Shown here piece after piece: positions 59,269-64,000 of a stretch of 64,000 nt of DNA (the stretch's first letter is position 1; every line of letters begins with the position of its first letter). The DNA comes from Thermoproteota archaeon (GTDB lineage: Archaea > Thermoproteota > Nitrososphaeria_A > Caldarchaeales > Calditenuaceae). Where the stretch lies: the NCBI GenBank assembly GCA_030550235.1, contig JAUQPU010000002.1:231164-295163 (forward strand), given 5' to 3'. A model generated the notes under the pieces. The model saw only the letters and a program-made list of their open reading frames with translations. It ran no database searches and had not been told where the DNA came from. Made by a program: the position numbers and the translations under genes.

Positions 59269-60471
59269 TTAGTAGCGGGGGATTGTGGGGTCTATCTGTT
59301 CTGCGTAGGCGTCGATTCCTCCTGCTAGGTTGTAGGTGTTTGTTAGGCCTAGTTCTCTGAGTAGTTTGACGGCTAATGCGCTTCTTTGTCCCGAGTGGCA
59401 GTAAACTATTACCTTGCGTGTCTGGTCTATCTCGTGTAGCCTAGATGTGAGCTGGCTCAGGGGTATGAGCTTTGCGCCGGTTATCCTGCAGATCTCCCAC
59501 TCCACAGGCTCCCGGACGTCGATTAGCTGGATCTCCTCACCAGCCTCGAGAAGCCTCTTCAACTCGAGCGGTGTGATGGAGTTCCTAGCAGCGTCCAAGG
59601 CCTCGCCTGAGACCCTTGTCCCACAGAACTGCTCATAGTCTATAAGCTCCTTTATCGTGGGGTTCTCGCTGCAGACTGGGCAGCCTTTATCCCTGTTTAT
59701 CCGCAGCTCCCTGAAGGTGATGGAGAGGGCGTCTACGAGGAGAAGCCTACCTATGAGGGGCTCGCCTATCCCCAATATTAGCTTTAGGGCCTCGTTTGCC
59801 TGGAGCGACCCGATGATTCCTGGGAGTACGCCCAGGACACCGCCCTCGGCGCACGATGGGACTAAGCCTGGCGGTGGAGGCTCGGGGTAGAGGCACCTGT
59901 AGCAGGGGCCTTTCCCAGCATAGAATACGCTGACCTGGCCGTCGAACCTGAATATACTGCCGTAGATTAGTGGTTTTTTCAGAAAGACGCATGCGTCGTT
60001 GAGGAGATATCTTGTGGGGAAGTTATCGGTGGCGTCGACCACTACGTCGTAGTCCTTGATTATGTCGAGGGCATTCTCAGAGTTGATTAGAGTCTCATAT
60101 GCCATAACTTCTATGTGGGGGTTTAGCTTGAGGAGCCTCTCCCTAGCTACCTCGACCTTCTTCCTACCCACGTCCGGTGTGGAGAAGATCACTTGGCGCT
60201 GGAGGTTAGTCTCATCTACCTCGTCAAAGTCCAGGAGCCCAATCTTCCCGACGCCAGCAGCGGCTAGATATAGTGAGACAGGTGCTCCAAGGCCTCCGAC
60301 GCCTACAACTAACACACTAGCATCTTTCAGCCTCCTCTGACCCTCGAGACCCACCTCAGGCATAATTAGATGCCGACCATACCTCCGTATCTCGTCCATC
60401 GTGAAGCTTGCGTAGCTTGAGCCAGATACGGCCTGACGCTGTATTAGGCCTGACACACCTCGCTTTTTCAC
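59269..60471 (-). CDS. moeB: MoeB/ThiF-type E1-like adenylyltransferase fused to a C-terminal rhodanese domain
   Basis: VLVVGVGGLGAPVSLYLAAAGVGKIGLLDFD Rossmann. CxxC pairs (CYRC, CPVC). Rhodanese active site CHSGQRS. Confidence 0.8.
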   Translation of the reverse strand: MKKRGVSGLIQRQAVSGSSYASFTMDEIRRYGRHLIMPEVGLEGQRRLKDASVLVVGVGGLGAPVSLYLAAAGVGKIGLLDFDEVDETNLQRQVIFSTPDVGRKKVEVARERLLKLNPHIEVMAYETLINSENALDIIKDYDVVVDATDNFPTRYLLNDACVFLKKPLIYGSIFRFDGQVSVFYAGKGPCYRCLYPEPPPPGLVPSCAEGGVLGVLPGIIGSLQANEALKLILGIGEPLIGRLLLVDALSITFRELRINRDKGCPVCSENPTIKELIDYEQFCGTRVSGEALDAARNSITPLELKRLLEAGEEIQLIDVREPVEWEICRITGAKLIPLSQLTSRLHEIDQTRKVIVYCHSGQRSALAVKLLRELGLTNTYNLAGGIDAYAEQIDPTIPRY

Positions 60472-60509
60472 AAAACTTAGCTGCCTTTTAAATATATGCT
60501 GAGGGGCGG

Positions 60510-60791
60510 TTAGAAGCCACCTGCTATGGCAGGCAGGATCAATATTTTGTCAGAGTCCTTGAGCCGCGTCTCGAGTCCGTTGAGCGTCTTGATGTCTTGG
60601 TCGTTGATGAAGATGTTGACGAAGCTTCTGAGCCTCTGATTCTCGTCGAAGAGGTATCGGCCTATACTGGGGTAGCGGTCAAGCAGTGCAGCTAGGGCCT
60701 CGCCAACGGTCTCTGCGTTTACCTCGACCTGGTTCGTGTTGCCGGTCAGCGCCCTGAGGGCAGAGGGTATCTGGATTACTACTCTCAACAC
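60510..60791 (-). CDS. MoaD/ThiS-like ubiquitin-fold sulfur carrier (SAMP-like) ending ...AIAGGF
   Basis: 93-aa beta-grasp pattern. C-terminal Gly-Gly is followed by a single Phe before the stop. Confidence 0.6.
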   Translation of the reverse strand: MLRVVIQIPSALRALTGNTNQVEVNAETVGEALAALLDRYPSIGRYLFDENQRLRSFVNIFINDQDIKTLNGLETRLKDSDKILILPAIAGGF

Positions 60792-60884
60792 CCGCCGCCT
60801 CGTATCAGAGATATGAGCAACTCTTTAAGATTAATTCAGGAAAAGCGCGGATGAAGACCTGAAATATAACTGATTTACGGAGGG

Positions 60885-61553
60885 TTGTGCATTTTTAAAT
60901 ACTGGATCAGCCGATGCCTCTTGAGTCTATTGAACTTTTTCGACCCTGGGTTCTGGGCCAGCCTAACAATGCTCGGATATACCGGCATCTTCTTAGCTAG
61001 CTTCCTGGGAAGCCTTCTTCCCTTCGTCTCGGGGCCATATGTTCCCCCGATAATCTTGGGAATAGTCGCTGGGAGGCTTGACCCAGCCTCCACGGCCCTC
61101 TTAAGCGCAGCCGGGGCGGCCTCAGGCAAGGTCATCCTTTTCAACGTCTTTAAGGGTGGAAGAAGGCTGCTAAGCCGAGGGTCTCTTGAGAGGATAGAGC
61201 CGCTTGAGCGTGTTCTAAGGAGGTATGGCTGGGTTGCAGTACTCCTGACCGCCGCCACACCTCTTCCTGACGACATCATGTATCTTTTATTAGCTGTGGC
61301 CGGCTATCGGAGTGCTTACTTTTTCCCACTAGTCTTTGCTGGTAAGCTGCTCATAACTACGGCGGTTGCATATGTTGCTTTCTACTGGGCGGGGTTAGCC
61401 TGCCTATTGGTCGAGTGCGGGCCCACAGGCATAACGCCTGAGTCGGCCCTGTTATTTGGCATTTTGAGCGCCGGCGCTGCGATGGGCCTTGTCTACCTAA
61501 TCACGCGGCTGGACTGGGGTAGTATTCTAAAGAGAGTTGGGCTTGATGCCTAG
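60885..61553 (+). CDS. YqaA/DedA-related (COG1238-like) membrane protein
   Basis: Four or five TM helices and the motif AATPLPDDIMYLLLAVAGY resembling the YqaA ATxLPxPxD...AG signature. Confidence 0.45.
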   Translation: MCIFKYWISRCLLSLLNFFDPGFWASLTMLGYTGIFLASFLGSLLPFVSGPYVPPIILGIVAGRLDPASTALLSAAGAASGKVILFNVFKGGRRLLSRGSLERIEPLERVLRRYGWVAVLLTAATPLPDDIMYLLLAVAGYRSAYFFPLVFAGKLLITTAVAYVAFYWAGLACLLVECGPTGITPESALLFGILSAGAAMGLVYLITRLDWGSILKRVGLDA

Positions 61554-61632
61554 TCAGAGGTAATCCATGGATTTGTAGGCCGGTGGCTGAGAGAGGCATT
61601 TTTTATCTTGCCTCCGCCTAGGCCTTTTTGGG

Positions 61633-62856
61633 TTGTCGGGCCCAGTCGAGAGATCAATGGCCTTTGTGAAGCGGGTCTTCAGAGAATTTTACAGGGATAA
61701 CGTAGGTGTTGTTTCGCCTCCACCCAGGCCCGAGGCGCGTGAGTTCGGCTATTGGTCTTTTGAGAGGGGGGAGATGGTTAGGCACCTCTCATTTAGGTCT
61801 GCTGAAGAGGTGAGGGCTGAGATAGCTAAGGTGGTGCCACTCCACGCCTACCGCTCAGCAGCCTACTACCAGTACCCGTCGGCTCCGATGGAGGAGAAGG
61901 GCTGGCAGGCGGCGGACCTGATCTTCGACATCGACGCAGACCATCTCGATGTTCCATGCGTAACTCAGCATGTCTATCGGGTATGTCCTGTACATGGGCT
62001 CCTCGATGATGGAGCTAAGACCTGTCCAGTGTGCGGCACTGGTGCTAGGGAGGTGGACTGGGTCTGCGATATTTGCTTGAGTGCGGCGCGGGCCGAGACC
62101 ACTAGGCTTGTCGAGATATTGGTAGGAGAGCTGGGCGTGAATGAGGGTGAGCTTGAGGTCGGCTTCTCAGGGAATAGGGGATACCACATCGTCGCATACT
62201 CCCCTGACCATCTAACGCTCGACCAGATGGCGCGTAAGGACCTAGTGGGGTATCTGACTTGTGTGGGGCTAAGCCCCGGGCTTCTAGGGCTTCCGTGGAA
62301 GAGGGGCGGGAGGGGGAGGCCAAGGCTCGACCTACTCCCCCCGCCGGCTTTCAACGAGCCGGGCTGGCGCGGCAGGATAATCAGGCGAGCCTACTCCATC
62401 CTCCAGAGTCAGGCCGTCCCGCCTGGCCTCGAAAGATATGCTGGGATTATTAGGGAGATCAGGGATGCCTGGTCTGTGGAGCCTGACTGGACGGTGGCGC
62501 CGCTGGGGTTCTGGACGAGGCTTCTGGACGAAGCTATCCGGATGGAGGCCCTGCGGATAGACCCAGTAGTCACTACGGATATTCATAGACTCTTGAGGCT
62601 CTCTGGCACGCTTAACGGGAAGACAGGGCTCCTAGCCAAAAAAATCCCTCTAGAAATGCTAGAGGACTTCGACCCGCTAAATGAGTGTGTCGTCCTTCCG
62701 AGGGAGGAGAGAGTTAGGGTTAGGGTGGCCTATTCACCGGCCTTTAGGCTGGGTGGTGAGGAGTTCGACGAGATATCTGAGCCGCGCTCGGTTATGCTTC
62801 CGATTTATGCGGGGGTATACCTGGTGTTGAAGGGGCTGGCGAGGATAGAGGCCTAG
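61633..62856 (+). CDS. priS: DNA primase small (catalytic) subunit
   Basis: LIFDIDADHL catalytic DxD. Zinc knuckle CPVHG...CPVCG. SGNRGYHI motif. Confidence 0.85.
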   Translation: MSGPVERSMAFVKRVFREFYRDNVGVVSPPPRPEAREFGYWSFERGEMVRHLSFRSAEEVRAEIAKVVPLHAYRSAAYYQYPSAPMEEKGWQAADLIFDIDADHLDVPCVTQHVYRVCPVHGLLDDGAKTCPVCGTGAREVDWVCDICLSAARAETTRLVEILVGELGVNEGELEVGFSGNRGYHIVAYSPDHLTLDQMARKDLVGYLTCVGLSPGLLGLPWKRGGRGRPRLDLLPPPAFNEPGWRGRIIRRAYSILQSQAVPPGLERYAGIIREIRDAWSVEPDWTVAPLGFWTRLLDEAIRMEALRIDPVVTTDIHRLLRLSGTLNGKTGLLAKKIPLEMLEDFDPLNECVVLPREERVRVRVAYSPAFRLGGEEFDEISEPRSVMLPIYAGVYLVLKGLARIEA

Positions 62857-62865
62857 ATGGGTTGT

Positions 62866-64000
62866 CTATCCAAGCCTATATTCCTCGTGTATCGCCTGTA
62901 CGGCCCTAACCCCGTCTGTCTCCTTAACTACGAATGATATGTTGAGCTCGGAGCTCCCCTGAGCTATCATTCTTACATTTATCCCCCTTCTAGCTACTGC
63001 GCCGAAGACCTTGCTAGCTACGCCTGGAGTACCCTTCATCCCCTCACCAACGACAGCCACGACAACCACATCCCTCTCACAGTCGATACCTCTAATCAAG
63101 CTTGGGGGACTCGAGCTCTTAATCGCCTCCAACGCTAGGTCTGCAGAGTCCCTCCTCACTATCAGGGATATGCTCGACTCCGAGACACTCTGCGACATCA
63201 TCATGACGTTTACGCCGCGTTCTGAGATGCTCTTGAGTATATGGGCCGCGCTCCCAGGCTTCCCGACCGCCGAGGCTCCCCTCACGGTTATCATTGCTAC
63301 ATCCCTCACAAGCAGCACGCCCTTGACCACAGAGCCGGTGCTGTATCCCTGACCCGTGATAAGTGTGCCGGGTGCGCTGGGGTTGAAGGTATTCTTTATA
63401 CGGACCTTCACCTGCCCATTCTGCGCAGCCTCTATCGCCCTCGGGTGGAGCCCCTTGGCCCCGAAGACAGCCATCTCCAGTGCCTCATCATAAGATAGCT
63501 GTGGTATGACCTTGGCGTCCCCGACTATTCGTGGGTCCGTTGTAAGTAGGCCATCCACATCGCTCCAGAGAACAACCTCGTCGGCCTGGATGCCAGCACC
63601 AAGCAGTGTAGCGGTGAAGTCTGAGCCCCCGCGCCCTAGTGTTGTGATGGCACCATCGCGAGCACGCCCGATAAACCCCGTGACAACCGGGACAATCCCT
63701 CGGCTCAGGAGTGGGAGAATGATGCTCTTGATGTTGTTGAGCGTCTCATCCATGATTGGAGTTGCGTACCCGAAGTCTGAGTCTGTGATTATGCCTGCTT
63801 CCCCTCCTTCAAGATACTTGGCAGATATACCCTGAGCCTGGAGGGCGCATGTGAAGATCCATGTCGAGAGCCTCTCACCGAAAGAGAGGACCAGGTCCCG
63901 GCTCCTCGGAGTGACTTCTCGGAGGAAATAGATGCTGGAGAGGATGTGTGTGAGGTCGTTCAGCCTCTCCTCTACACCTCTAAGGGCCTCACCTCTCAGT
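62866..64000 (-). CDS. lysC: aspartate kinase (partial; the N-terminus lies beyond the window end)
   Basis: LSFGERLS, GRGGSDFTA and LWSDVDGLLTTDPR motifs and C-terminal ACT domains. The frame is open from 63754 to the window edge. Confidence 0.8.
   Translation of the reverse strand, partial: LRGEALRGVEERLNDLTHILSSIYFLREVTPRSRDLVLSFGERLSTWIFTCALQAQGISAKYLEGGEAGIITDSDFGYATPIMDETLNNIKSIILPLLSRGIVPVVTGFIGRARDGAITTLGRGGSDFTATLLGAGIQADEVVLWSDVDGLLTTDPRIVGDAKVIPQLSYDEALEMAVFGAKGLHPRAIEAAQNGQVKVRIKNTFNPSAPGTLITGQGYSTGSVVKGVLLVRDVAMITVRGASAVGKPGSAAHILKSISERGVNVMMMSQSVSESSISLIVRRDSADLALEAIKSSSPPSLIRGIDCERDVVVVAVVGEGMKGTPGVASKVFGAVARRGINVRMIAQGSSELNISFVVKETDGVRAVQAIHEEYRLG

Overview
The window reads as an archaeal chromosome segment. 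It carries a group II thermosome, RpoK, primase PriS, a two-subunit 2-oxoacid:ferredoxin oxidoreductase, G1P dehydrogenase, and an intron-containing tRNA-Leu transcribed from AT-rich TATA-like upstream regions. By eye it is roughly 55% GC and densely coding, with many 4-nt stop/start overlaps; a hyperthermophilic crenarchaeal (TACK) source is most likely. Most of the window is core metabolism: agmatinase, NAD kinase, SufS/SufT, thiamine salvage (ThiW-like, ThiDN), a HisG-HisD-HAD-HisB-HisH cluster, MoaA, a MoeB-rhodanese with a MoaD-like carrier, and aspartate kinase. A large carbohydrate locus holds three Gfo/Idh/MocA oxidoreductases, a mutarotase-fold protein, a creatininase-family protein, and a sugar ABC transporter with two non-identical MalK-like ATPases. 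Between about 3.7 and 12.4 kb sits a lower-GC region bordered by AT-rich sequence. It contains a frameshifted, truncated corA, fragments of a CaCA antiporter, Thr-rich secreted proteins, and an intact six-gene operon. That operon encodes two paralogous zinc-ribbon/TM proteins, a coiled-coil protein, an SPFH (Band_7_1-like) protein with a C-terminal double zinc ribbon, and a small membrane protein; it is my main candidate for an undescribed membrane-associated system. Secondary candidates are an atypical MoxR-DUF58 operon ending in an orphan DppC-like permease and a PPC-domain protein, a HAD hydrolase inside the his cluster (possible missing histidinol-phosphatase), a Tes-like radical SAM enzyme, an orphan N4/N6-type methyltransferase with unusual motif order, and a MoaD-like protein ending GG-F. 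No CRISPR array, rRNA or obvious transposase was seen.
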